Shown: piece by piece, positions 13,475-26,800 of the stretch
How the letters are laid out: each line of letters starts with the position of its first letter
How positions within the stretch are numbered: the stretch's first letter is position 1
NCBI GenBank assembly: GCA_003427395.1
Contig: BFEA01000025.1
Span: 2,026,676-2,080,849 of the forward strand
DNA: 54,174 nucleotides
Origin: Chara braunii
Lineage: Eukaryota > Plantae > Charophyceae
Direction of reading: 5' to 3'
Notes under the pieces: model-generated
The model's input: only the letters and a program-made list of their open reading frames with translations
Database searches by the model: none
What the model was told of the DNA's origin: nothing
Program-made: the position numbers and the translations under genes

Positions 13475-13770
13475 CCCTCATCCCCTTCTTTTTTATCCCG
13501 TTCCTATGCCACCTCGTTTGGACATTCCTCCTTATTGGCCTTCTGCACTTCCTCACCAGTTCATTTAAGTTGTGTTTTACGTCTTCATTTGTGATGAGGG
13601 AGTGACAAATGAAGACCGCTTCACGAGGGAAGAGGGGGAGGGAAGGTTGATTCTCTGTTGAGGGGGAGGTGGGGGATAGGGGCTATATCTGTGTATGTAC
13701 GTGTGTGTGTGTGCTGTTATATTCACTATACACAACTCCACATAAAAATCATGTCACTGTGTGTATGTGC

Positions 13771-13819
<49 letters not shown>

Positions 13820-15110
13820 GGAAAGATGCCCCACACCAGTAATAATGAAGCATTGTACCCTAGGGAGTAACATGTAGAAGTACGGGGGCATCAAGGAAAG
13901 TTGAACTGAAACCGAAACGTGTAGACCTGAAACATGTCAGGTTATTTAGTTGTGATGGATCTTTAGTAATTTTGGGCGGCCGTTTTAGGGTCAGATGAAG
14001 AATTTTAGATCTTTTAGGGGCAAATTAGACAATAACAATCTTTTTATGAGCAAAATGCATGTTTCTTACCCCAAAAGAGTGTTGTGTATCAAGGAAAAAC
14101 ATTGTTGTATTATCCTATGCTTAATGAGTTAATCAACTTTATCTTAACGAAGTCATGTGTGTGTGTGGTCTTTTTTTTCCGGGTCTTCCCCTTGCGGGAC
14201 CCCACATACCTCCTCTCAACAATTCTTCCTGGCGCACCCCCACTCCCCAAGTCCTAGATATTGAGTGTGCCCAGGTTGCAGATTCCTTAGTGTCTACCAC
14301 TCAGGATGATTACCCCGCCCCTCGTCAGGTCGGATGGATGGACCACACCAATGTTGAATATAAAATCATATTGAGCCCTCGTTGAAGCATCGTCAAATAA
14401 ATCTTGTTGCACAAGAGTTCGGATGGTATGCGTATTCGTTGTTCCTCAACAGACCTCGCCGGAGACCTTCGATGACCCCCAAAATTATGTACCCATGTGA
14501 CCTTCTTTAATTTAAGTAGTTCCACATAGTTGTCATCAACAATATCTAATAGTCACACCAAGGTCTAACCTATGACATTCTACTGCGGAGGAGTATGATG
14601 GCTGCAATCATCACTGTTTGGTTTTGACAAAACAATTTTCCTCATCCCCATTTTCTTTCTTCCGTTCCTATGCTTCCTCGACACATTCCTCCTCATCAGC
14701 CTCCACAACTTCTCCTTGTTAGTCCAGTTAGGTTTGCTTTCGTTCTTCGTTTATCATCTGGGACTGAAAAATGAGGATTGTTTATGAGGGATCGGAAGGG
14801 GTTAAGGCTCTATCAAGGGGGATGCAGAGGATGAGAGTTTTACGTGTGTCTATATGTGTTATGATGTTCGCGATGCATAACTCCATTGAACCAACTCTTT
14901 GTATGCGTGTATGTGTGTATGTGTGAGGGAGAGAGAGAGAGGCTTCGCAACAGTGATTGAACATTGTACCCTAGGTAGCAACGATAAGTTCAGAGGCAAC
15001 TCATAAAGTTGAAATGAAACACAAAGGGCATATATAAAATATATCGGGTCCAACAAATGTAATGGATCTTAAGTAATTTCGGATTGGCGTCCTAGGGCAG
15101 TTAAAAGAGT
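13475..15110 (+). repeat. Diverged direct repeat pair (~13475-13995 and ~14640-15110)
   Basis: Shared blocks in the same order: CATCCCC..CCGTTCCTATGC..ACATTCCTCCT, (GA)n, CATTGTACCCTAGG, ATGGATCTT.AGTAATTT. Confidence 0.6.
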
Positions 15111-17260
15111 TTCATATTTTTCAATAAGCAAATCCATAAATTACATTTTGAAGGGGCGATATAACGCACAAACCTCACGGCAGATGTTACTTTCCTTTTG
15201 GAGTGGGTCCTAGCGTGGAGGTTTAAGGAAAGTAAAAAAAATGGGGGTGTGCCAATAATTTTTGGAAAGGGGGGTGGAGTTTCAGATCAAAATTGGGATC
15301 TCACGCATCAGTTTCATGCATGAGTCGAGCTAAGGCGAGATGTAGAAGGGATGAACCTTCTTGGTGCAAAAATCCAGCCCACTAAAAAATGTCAGGTAAT
15401 CTTGTACACTTCATTGTCTACGTCTAAAAAATCATCATGGCTACTGAGCGTCATTATCCCAAACGAAAGGGCAGAGGTATTTATACAAGGTTTCGATTTC
15501 GGGTGGTGACTTGGCTACGTGTCTCGCAAATTTGGCAGTCGTAATCGGACTATCGTAGCCATAAAGTCCTTTCCACTACTTTTGTATCTCCACGAGACAT
15601 ATATTTATACTTTTTTTCTATAGACGTTTGGTACACCTACAATTTGAACACAAGGTGTGAAACCAGTGGGGGTGATGGTGGCTTAAGGGATAACTAGATA
15701 AAGGGTACAAACGGTATTCGCGCCACGCGTTCAAAGCTGAAAAATGAAGAACAATGTGAGTCATCAAGGAATAGGTAAGGGTGATGCATTTGAGTTGTAA
15801 CCTCGTGCACATCTCATTCGCATACATATGTATTTTTCGCGTTACAGGAGAAGTCTATCGTGTACTCATTGACAACACAAGGATAAGGAATGAATCAGAC
15901 CGCCTTATCCATACAAACTGCTTAGAATAAGCGAACGTCTGTATCTTTCACACCTTACAAATACAAAGTTTATGAAAGACACCCAGTTATTTTAATTTAG
16001 TTGATCGATCACAAATATCGTACTTCGAGGCAGAGAACGTTAATGAAGAGTCTAAGACAATCAAATGTTCTTCATAATTTTTAATCAAAGAAAACGATTC
16101 ACACTCATCATGTCCACGAGTCAATATGAAACGAAACTATCAATATTCTCGAGAGCATTCCATAAAAACAGAGAGAAGGTACATAACACCAAGAAGGATA
16201 TTTTCATGCACTTCGATTTTCCATCAAAAGATAAAATAACATACTTTTATTAAATATGCAAAACAACCTAATGTAATTTCAATGCATTAGAGTAGCGAGA
16301 TGGTAGAGAGAAACACTTTCATTGATCTAGTTATCCATCAATTGTTAGTACCCAGAGAAAGGCTTATTGAAAATAAATTATTTAAGTCAGAAGATTTGAG
16401 AGAGGCACATAATTCACATTCGCTCGAAATATACTCAAGTTCAAAGGGGATGTAAACTACTTTGTTCTCAAACTTATAGTACTCTTACCAACACGCACTG
16501 ATCATCTAATGTATATGAGCGAGTGCTGATAATTTGTCATCACGCACTCAGTGATCATCTTAGCGATCGTCACCCTGTCAGTCCACCTACGACACAAATC
16601 TACTCACGTTCTCCATTCCCTCGCATCAACACGTCGATCTCGCGTAATTGCAATCAAACCTTCGATATTTTTTAACCCGCTAAGCACCAAATGCTAGCCA
16701 CTCCGTTTGAGTTGATATACAATGTAAGAGAGAGAGAGAATCACGCTTGCAAGATTTGTAGTTGCACGAATGGGGGAGCACAAATGCATGCAGGGAAAAA
16801 GGGAGAAGGACAGGGAGGGAGTCCATGACAACGCGAAGGGAGGGTTCGTGGACAATAGAACTGCGGTGTGGGGGAGTCGACTACTCTCCACACAGCAAGT
16901 TGATCAAATAAAAAAATTGTGAGGCAGAAGAGGAAGAAGATAATTATATTTGTCAAGTAAAATGTGGAGAAAGAAGAAGAAGGCGCTCAAAAGATAGGGT
17001 GTGAAAAGTGCAAATAAAGATGGCGCACATGGAAGATTGTGAGGAGGCGAAAAGGCGAAAAACACTTGAGCAACGCATCAACGAAAAAACATTTTTGTGC
17101 TTAATTTTTAATTCAAAATTTTAATAGAAATATGGACACACTTAATAAGGCGCGTGAATCATTGAAGAGTTTTGTGGATACAGTATCCAGAGTTATAAAA
17201 CATACCAACTTTGGGGACGCCCATACAAAATTCTTCAACATTCTAAAATGCAAAAATAAG

Positions 17261-17875
17261 AAACATAAAGATAGTATACAACTCGCACTAGACGTCGTCA
17301 TGAAAAAGAGGAGCACAAAAGTCTTGCACCCAAATAACATGGTTCGTCACAGCGAAATGCATATTTCTCACCCCAAAGAAGTGTCGCAGATCAAGGCATA
17401 GTATTGTTATGTTATCATATGCTTGGCGAGCTAATCATAAATGATATCATCGAAGTCGTGTGTGTGTATGTGTGTGTGTCTTTTTTTTTTTAACCACTAG
17501 TAATACCTCCGAGCCTGTTTTTGTCGAGCCTGAATTTCACTACGCTCCAAGTTTTGATGAGCCAAAAATAAGCAACATAAAGATTATATACAACTCGCAC
17601 TAGACATCGTCATGAAAAAAAAGAGCACAAAAGTCTTGCACCCAAGCAACATGGTTCGTCACAGCGAAATGCATATTTCTCACCCCAAAGAAGTGTCGCA
17701 GATCAAGGCATAGTATTGTTGTGTTATCTTATGCTTGGCGAGCTAATCATAAATGATATCATCGAAGTCGTGTGTGTACGTGTGTGTGTCTTTTTTTTTT
17801 TAACCACTAGTAATACCTCCGAGCCTGTTTTTGTCGAGTCTGAATTTCACTACGCTCCAAGTTTTGATGAGCCAA
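17261..17875 (+). repeat. Recent ~310-bp tandem duplication
   Basis: 17261-17565 and ~17573-17875 are nearly identical (ACATAAAGAT...GATGAGCCAA). Confidence 0.9.
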
Positions 17876-20032
17876 GGTCCCACCCCATTTTCTTTTCTTG
17901 CACTTTCATTGAAAAAAAAAGCAGTCGTGAAACTCACAAAAGATGGGGACAAAAAAAAAAACAAAGCTTTGGTCGTGAAATGCAGTTGTATATATTATTG
18001 AAAGTGGTAGTGTGAGTATGCCCTCAATAATGGACTAGAGTGCAATATAAAAATAAACTTTATTCTTTTTGTCGAGCCTTTGGGACCTCCGAACTTTTCG
18101 GGGAAAATGGGAAAACTGCCAACTTTCCCTATTTTCCAACATTAGCGGAGGTTGGTCTAATCCTTTTTTTTTTAATATAGATTTTTTATTTTCGTTTTTT
18201 TTTTTTGGGGGGGGGNGGGGGGCGGGGGGCGCCTACAATAGTTGCCACCAATTTATCGAACATAACCTCCGGGCCTTATAAATGAATATAAGGTTCGTCG
18301 GGCGTTATATTCGTATACAACGTTTGAGCGTTATTTTTGGGTGAAGACGATAGCGCATGTGGCTCATAATGTTTCTGTTATTATGGTTCTTGGTTGATAT
18401 GGAGTAGTTATTTACCCTGTTAGGATGACTAAATGTTGTATATATGTTGCTCCGCTACGTGCCACAGCAACGAACGCCATCACCGGAATAAATCAAGTCC
18501 CCTAATGCATATTGACATATCGTGAGGGCACGGGTGCATAATCCGTAGTTTGTATCTGTGTGAGTGATGAACAAACTTTCATTGTCCAGGTTCAAAAATA
18601 GGAGAGAGGGAAAGAGAGAGAGAGAGAGAGATGCCAGCAAGGCAGCGCGCATTGGCACACGTGCATGCGTGTGTATGATCGTGTGTGTATGTGTGCAATT
18701 GCAAGGGCCGTGTCCACTTCGGCCCAGCCCACCGTTCCAAACTTGCCCGACCACGGATACTTGCCCTTCCCATTCCACCTGGGCCCAGTGCGCCGCCCCC
18801 TCCTACCCAAAATGCCCTTGACACCAAGGTTGGCGTTGAAGTGAACGTTGAAAGTTTCTTGGTGTATAAATGCAACCCTGGCGGGCTGCAATTTGGCCCC
18901 CCTTGAAAAAATGCCAACAACGTTGACGTTGAATGTTGAAAACACTAAGTTCAAGTTGTATAAAATGCAACCCTACGGGCCATGGACAACTATATGTAAC
19001 AAACTGCCTCTGTTAAAAAAAATGCTCTGCCAGCAACGTTAACGTTGAACCTCGAAAACCCTCAGGTATATAAAACATAACCCCACAGGCTGCAAACTTT
19101 CCTAACCAAGGGCACTTACCCTTTCCAGTCCACTTGGGCCTAGTGAGGCCCCCGCCTCCCCTCCACCCCCTCAACCAATATGCCTCAACACCAACGTGGC
19201 GTTGTATTGAATAGTTTCCAGGTGTATAAAATACAACCCTGATGGGCTGTGAACACATCCTTCAGAGGGGCCCTGTTGCTTCCCACTAGCACACTCGAGG
19301 GCAGTCTACTCCTATGAGGTTCCTTCCTGTTAGCCCCTCAACCCCTGAGAAGATTCTGATACCGAAGCACGGTGGCAAGCCTCAATTCTGTTGTTATAGC
19401 AATTTGTTGATTGTTTTTTACGTTGTACTAGTACAATTGATATGCTTTCCACCACCTGACAAGGCTACCACCCAGATAAACTCTCTTAAGGTGATCAGCC
19501 CCCAAAAGAGTCTATGTTTGTTCCCCCTCCACGGACACTCTACTCTTTACGGAAGTCAGACCCCCTAATAGAGAGTCCTCCCTAGTCGTCCCTCCTTAAG
19601 GCAGATCAACTCCCCATAAAACTACGTAGCTCAAAGCGCACTGGCAAGCCTCAAGCTAAGGAAGAATTTTGTCCCTACTAATCCACTCCAGAAAACCTCT
19701 TATTGTTTCCCTTCCAATGACAGTTACCTCCCCTAGAGGGTCCTCCCTGCTAACCCCCCCCCAAGGACACATCAACTATGGCAATCCTCAGCTCTCAATA
19801 CCGCCGCCTCTCCCTTCCGCCTCTCTAGGCACTCAGGGAGGTACAATCCCCCAGCGGGGTGTCAAAATAAAACCAATTGGGAGAGGTGAGGGCGACTGAA
19901 ACCAAACCAACAACCTCTCCCTGACTATGCTAGAGCTCAAACCATCTTAGCTAATACCACATTATATCTGTATGTGTGTGTCTCTGAGTGTGCACGAGTA
20001 TGGACTTTGCAGTCTTCATGACGTCACTGCCA

Positions 20033-23000
20033 TGTGAGCCGACAACTACCAGGATGCATAAGTTATAATGATGCCCGCCAAAGAAATAGAGAATTTGTGT
20101 TCGCAACCCTAATGAGAATCCTGCCTAAAGGGAGGAAAAGGAACCTAGGAAAGAACCGAGAAGGAATTTAGCCTGCTTGGTCCTGAGAAAACAAAGGCAG
20201 TATGATGGAGGTCTCCGTTGGGGTCGTCACACTGCTTGTATGAGCTAACCAAGATGAATGACGGGGTACTCGCCGTACGAAGTTTCCCTGCCATTCGTCC
20301 GGCTAAAGTAACAAACTGATAAAATGTTTGTTTGATTGCGGCGTTGGTGACGAGAGGTTGCCGTGCAGTTCTCTTATTACATTACAGGCTAGGCCATCGA
20401 GTAATCCGGTAGGATCGTCAAGCTGCTTATATAAAAATAACTAAGGCGGATGATAGGGTGCTCGTCGTGCGTGCTATCTTTACCATTCGCCTGACTAAAG
20501 TAGCAAGTTGGTGTATTGATTGTTTGACTTTGACATTGGCGGCAGGAAGGTACCGTGCATCTTACCTATTGACCTGCAGGTTACATTAACAAAAGTCAAA
20601 CTAATCCGGTACTTCCGTGAAGTACATTCCTTCAGTTTAACAAAGTCAAACTGATCTGGTACTTCCGTGAAGTACATTCCTTCAGTTTAACGAAGTCAAA
20701 CTGATCCGGTACTTCCGTGAAGTACATTCCTTTAGTTAACGAAATCAAACCGATCCGGTACTTCCGTGAAGTACATTCCTTCAGTCTAACAAAAGTCGAT
20801 TTGATCCGGTACTTCCGTGAAGTACGTTCCTTCAGTCTAACAAAAGTTGATTTGATCCGGTACTCCCGTGGGGTACACTTTTTTCAAAAGTAATAATAAC
20901 TGATTGATCCGGTACTCCCGTGGGGTGCGCTTCTTCAACTTGACAACGGCCAATTGATCCGGACTCCCGCGGGGTACACTTCTTCAACTTAACAAAAGCC
21001 AATTAATCCAGTGTTCTCGTAGGGTACTCGTCTTCAAAGGCTAACAAAGGCAAAAGATAGCAGGAGGCTTCCGTGAAGCTCTCCTATCACTAATCGAACC
21101 AGACTGGGGAGGGATTCGAGTACTCCCGGGTGAGTGTACGAACTCCTAAGTCCGGGTCGATCTGTCCGACTTCCCGTGGGAGTCACCATGCCTTTTGCTC
21201 ACTTGCGACGCATAGGCCAGATATGTGAACTGTCAGGGCAACTCAATTGAGAGTTGTTTTTGATCTCCTATGCATTGAACTGGTGGTAGGATAGCTCCCG
21301 GGTGGGTTATCCTAACACTTGTTTGATTTGGAGGTCAACTAACGAAAGAAAAAAGTAAGGCAATTATGTTTGAACAAGTGAAAGGATACTCCCGGGTGAG
21401 TAACCTTACGACTTGTTCAAATATGACTAATGGACGATACAAATAAGTACCAAAGCAGGACATGGGAGGCTTCCGTGAGGTCATCCTATTGCTTGCTTGA
21501 GCCTATCTTAGCGAGTCTAATAAAACACTCCAACTAGAGGAGGGTCTGGTGTTTGTCTGAATCCGCTAACACAACCTTAGTTTGTCTGACTTTGAGATAG
21601 TAGTAGGGTGGCTCCCGTAGGGTCATACTGTTTCGCTTTTGAGGGAAAGATTGAGCTTTGATCAAGGAGTAATAGGAGGCTTCCATGAAGAGCACCTATT
21701 ACTAACTTTAATTTTGTATTGACACCTGAATCTAGAAAGTTATCTGAATATTGAGTCAAATGTTGAGACGACTCAACATAGACCTCCTAACTATCTGCTA
21801 ACTTATAAAAGGATACTCTCGGGTGAGTTATCCTGTCACTTGCCCTAGATTGCAGAAATTGCTTGATTGCGTGAGAACTGCATGAATTTTGAAGAGTGAC
21901 TGAGTGCTTTCGTTGGGGCGACTCGACTACTCTTCTGACTAACAGATTGCTTGGAATTGATCAAGTACTCGAGGATTCCTGGGTGAATCGACCTACTACT
22001 TGCGTATGCCAGGACAAGAAAAAGAGAAAGGAAAAAGGAGTTTTCCATCGGGAGCGACTCCAAAGGTTCCTTAAAAGGAACGTAAGAGAAGGCTAATACC
22101 GCGGGGAAAAGGAACTAAAGAAAGAAGACACCCCGTTTAGCCACAGTTCATTGGAGAAACCGCCACTGATTTGAGTCGATCTCGGCCAAGACTACCGCAT
22201 AAAGCACAAAAGGGTGTGTTTATCCGCAAGAGGGAGAATGCAAGGACTGAAAGGAGGGGAAATATGAGTTTCCCTAAAAGACAACTTAGGACATAGGCAA
22301 GAAACTCCTTGAAATAAAAGGAGAAGGAGTGACAGACGACTCAGGGTAGATAGAAACTAGAGGTTAGACTTTGGGATGTTGATCCCAAAGCTCTCAAACC
22401 AGATCTAAGAGTTTGACCCTTTGATATCAATATGTGGGAAGTCGAGTGAGAATGTTGAATCCTTGTTGACCTGTGTGTGTGCATGTCTTTGCTTTGGTCT
22501 ACTGCAATCGAAGGAGAAGTCCTACATAAAGGACTCGATTTTTTGTTATCTCTCGATAACAGGTCGGTCGTTGCCGATTCAACTTTTCCTCCTTTGACTT
22601 GACACCTACATCTAAAGTCAAACCTTGTGGTCAGTAAAACTGTCACCTGTGGTCATTGCCTAAATGGTCATGGTCACTCTCAAGGGTCCTTTGAATCAGT
22701 GTGAGGGGGTTGGGCTTGCATCTCAGGAAAGATAGAGCTGTCATGCATGGTTTGGGGAGTGAGGGACAATGTCAATGGTTGATGGTTGACACCGTTAGTG
22801 CATGGCATGTGAACTGTCTTTGCATTATGTTGTGCATGTCTGTCTTGTGCATGGTTTGGATTGGACTGGAATTGACATCGTGAAGAGTTTTGAACGCTCA
22901 ACACTTGTGAAAGTGGGAAGGGTTCCTTGTGGTAATACCTCGATATTCATTAACAGTCTTATATAACTCCTATGATATCTGATGATCAGTCATACGTTGA

Positions 23001-23471
23001 GTAGAGTAGAATATCCTTTGGTAGTGACAAAGTTTTGTTTTGATGTTTTGAACATAGTGGTCAGAAGGAGAATGTGTCTTTGGAACAGAAGCGGGAATAG
23101 ACGACCGTCTTAAAGTTCGACCTGAATATCTAACGGGTCAGTCCTAGGCGTCTTACTGCGCGTACCCCATATTATGCTACAACGATCTAGCAAACGCCCT
23201 CGGCCGACCTACCTCTACTCAGGCATGTAAAAGCCTTCGCACGTGGGCCGGTAGCTCAGCAGGGATACGGCTACCTGAGGGTGGTGACAGCCCCTCGGGT
23301 AGAGGTAAGTTGTACCTCGCGACATCCCGACCTGTCGCAGGGCGTCGTGAGAGGTATAGCACGCGCGCACGGTTGGAGTGGTGACAAGTTGATTCTTCGA
23401 AAATAAATCCTGCGTGACACGACCATGAGGTTCAGCGCTCCAAGCGGGGTGCGGGACCGCCGCTCGCAACA
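20033..23471 (+). mobile_element. Element A: TG...CA-bounded ~3.4-kb non-coding element (candidate large solo LTR) carrying a hairpin array
   Basis: Starts TGTGAGCCG and ends ...CCGCTCGCAACA. TATATAAAA at 20428. Segments ~22545-22632 and ~23172-23460 are reverse-complement homologues of element B segments ~25195-25292 and ~23860-24175. No TSD, PBS or PPT recognised. Confidence 0.55.
20585..22000 (+). repeat. Hairpin array A (~18 units, loop CCGTG/CCGGGT)
   Basis: GTACTT-CCGTG-AAGTAC at 20609, 20659, 20709, 20758 and 20809 (~50-bp period), then progressively divergent units out to ~21990 that keep the loop and stem complementarity. Confidence 0.85.
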
Positions 23472-23849
23472 ACGCTTTTCCTCTCTCTATTTCTCTGTAT
23501 ACTGCCTTTCCTCAAAAACTGAACTCTCTATTCGCTTCGCCCAGGGCCAGAATCCCGAAATCATTTCTTCCCTCGCTTGATTCCACTAAGGATCGAGCGA
23601 GTTGTGTATCCTTCGCAGCGCTCTACCTAGTTTTGTTGTCATCGCCAAACTCTCCCTCTCTCCGTGTGCACTTCAACTTGGTCCAAAAATGAGCCCTGAT
23701 TCAACCTTCTTCAGAGTCTAGCGCAGTCTGGTTCATCAACACGATCTCACATACTGCCAATTGCCCGATAGTCCGACTGACCTTCAACCCTCATATCCGA
23801 CCCGACGACGGCTTGCTCGGTCGTACTTTTGCGACCTCCATCGTAGCGT

Positions 23850-26800
23850 TGTCGGGCGCATCGGTCCGACACCGCGCGCGGCAGCGCAGGACCCTCTCGG
23901 CCGCGTCACGCAAGAGTTGGATCAACATCGTCACGAACACACAAATGGAGCTTCCTTAGGCTGCTCCGGCCGAGTGCACCAGCCCTACCTCTCGCGAGCC
24001 CCTACGACAGGATAGGGCCTAAGCGAGGCACAACTTACCTCCACCTTACGGGAGTTGTCACCTCCCTTTGGTGGGCGTATCCCCGCCGAGCTACCAGTCC
24101 ACAGTACGAAAGCTACTCGGTTGCAATCGCAGAGGTGGACCAACCGAAGGCGTTTCTCTTTCGCTGTAGCATAGGGGGTACTCGCAGTAATACGCCTATC
24201 GGACCTGCACGGGAACCGGCATCTTGGGGGGCTGAGGTCCCAAGCGAGACTCGTCGTCGGTCGACTAGGACGCATCTCACACACCATGCGCACACCACTC
24301 TACGAACGCGAAAATAAAACACACACACACATATACACGAAACGACACAGCACAAACAATGCGACAACGCTCCTAGCCCCTTAGTAGCCGTCCCATAACT
24401 TCCCGACGCGTGAATCGGATAGGCGTCGCGCGGGAGACTTAGTATAGAGCCGCGCGAACGCAGGGCCAACTCATATCGACTCGCGATGCAAGCGCACGCA
24501 AGCAGTCGCAATGATGGCGTACCGTGTAGTACCCATACTCATGCGGTCCTCGTTTATCTTGAGGGTCGCTTTCGACACTCAAGTGTCGGCTGACACGCGC
24601 CTTGAGGATTAATCTCTCGACGCTGGACAACCGCCATGCGTGGTTGAAGACCACACCTTCTCCTTGTGCAGAGGGGTTGAGTAGACAGCTTTAAGCTGTC
24701 GTGGCGGTCGAACATCAAGGGGTTTGACTTTGACGGCTGCCACGGACTATAACGTCCAACTATAAAAATCTCTAAAAAGTGAAGGGTGAAAAGGGATCTC
24801 CCTTTCTCTCTCGAGCCATAATCTGGCTAACCCTTGCGCACGATCATAATCAGTTGAGCGCATGCCCAAGGCACATATAAATATATACACAAGGCTTATT
24901 TATATAGGACGATCACTTCTCACAGTCACAGTGGGACTCCTCTCAACCATATACACATGTAATCGCAGGCAGTCACATCCAGAGTTCGAACCACAACCAT
25001 ACATGCAGTCACATCAAAGATCAACAAAAGTCCACGCACTACACGGAGTCAACTTCAACCATTCTCTAGGCTAATACCCCTTGCTTTAGCCATACAAACC
25101 TTACTCTTGTGCAACTCCCCAAAATAATTACTCAGTACTTTTGTTAAATGGCCATTCAATAAAGTCCGGGTGAAAACACAATGAAACAATTCAAACCACA
25201 CGGTTAAAGCCTTCAGGTTGAGTGACAAGAGAGGATTGAAGTTGAATCGCAAACCGACGAATCGGCTACCAACCTGTTATCAGTGATAACAGAGGATGAT
25301 CCTCGTAGGATTAGGCTGAAACTAGTCCAAGTCCTGAATTAAAACAGTCAAACGGACCTGTAGCACATGACAGGCCAATCCCAAAGCTAGATTCATAAGT
25401 TCATGGAGAATAATCCTCATATCACGATCCCACTGAAGGATCCTAATTAACTAAGCCTAAGTCTACCCTCAAGCGGTGCCCAAAGCAAAGGTAGACTAAT
25501 GGCAGAATCTCCCCTATTCAGGGTGGATCGCCAGAATCGCCACCTGTCAAAATATAATTTATCTCCTCTAAATTAGAAAAATTTCGGCAGCGCTTCCCGT
25601 AGGAAAAGTGTCTTTTCAAAATTTATATCAGTCCGAATATGAAACCAAAAATAGTCTTTGACTTTCCAAAGTCAAATTTTTGTCTAACTCCATGAATTAG
25701 CAAAACTTTGGGCAGCTTTCCCTTTAGAAAAGGAGACTTTCCAGATTTTTACTAAGTCATATACGAACCTTATACAAGTTGAACTTTGAAAAGTCAGAAA
25801 TTTGATTAACTCCTTGGATTTGCAGAAATTTCGGCAGCGCTTCCCATAAGGAAAGTAGCTTACCAAGATTTATACAAAACCAAGTATAAAACAAGATCTA
25901 AGAAAATGTGAGAACTGATCTAAGCAAAAAAACTGAGCCCAGAAATGCAGAAATTGAGCTAACCCCTATCGCTCTAGCACGTGGCAAGCCTCTAAAGCAA
26001 CTACCTGTCAACTAAAACTGAGACCAAGTAGTAACCTCACTCAGCCACATGCAAGCCAAACCACAAAGGTAAGTACTCTCGTCACCCCAAGTTAATTTAG
26101 CAAACAATAATTCATAGTCTTTCAATTATTTAACCCTTTACTCCCAGCTTACATAGGGCATTGGGATTGGTCATTCATCTTAGAAACAATGTCATCCCTC
26201 TGCCTTAATTTTACACGAACAGGCTGCACAACTACTCTTCTCTTCTTTTTGGCACATGACTAAGCCATTCATCTTAGAAACCAAGCTTAGTCGCCCTGAA
26301 CTGTTTAAATAGCCAAGTTATATATACCTTTCAGCACCTTAGTCTTCAAAGACAGGGCGTAGGGCTGAGCCATTCATCTTAGAAACAATGCCCAACCTGC
26401 CCAGGTTACCTTTAGTTATAACTCTTGATTATACGCTCTTCACTTGTGATAGGGCTATAGTCAGGTCATTCATCTTAGAAACAATGCCTGTCTAGCCTTG
26501 TTCGTATATAAGTACATATATATATCACAGTATAGATAATCATATTCCTTGGTTCTCATTATGGTCCTGATGCCTCAGACTTATACCATTCATCTTAGAA
26601 ACAATGTCTAGTCCTCTGGCCCTGAATCCTCCCTCGAAATAAAACAATCAAGGAGAGATGAGTCATTCATCTTAGAAACAGTGCTCAGCTCCCTCTTTTT
26701 CAGCACACAAAAAAAGAAGAGTCCCCTGGGTCTGACCCAGAGACTGTTCAGAAACCACCCAAGTAAACAGCGGCCAGACCATTCATCTTAGAAACAATGT

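Noticed and set aside
15300-16900. Possible minus-strand hAT transposase remnant (EKYP..W, TIDG-like pieces)
   Set aside because: Only a few residues across many stops; cannot be supported without a profile search.
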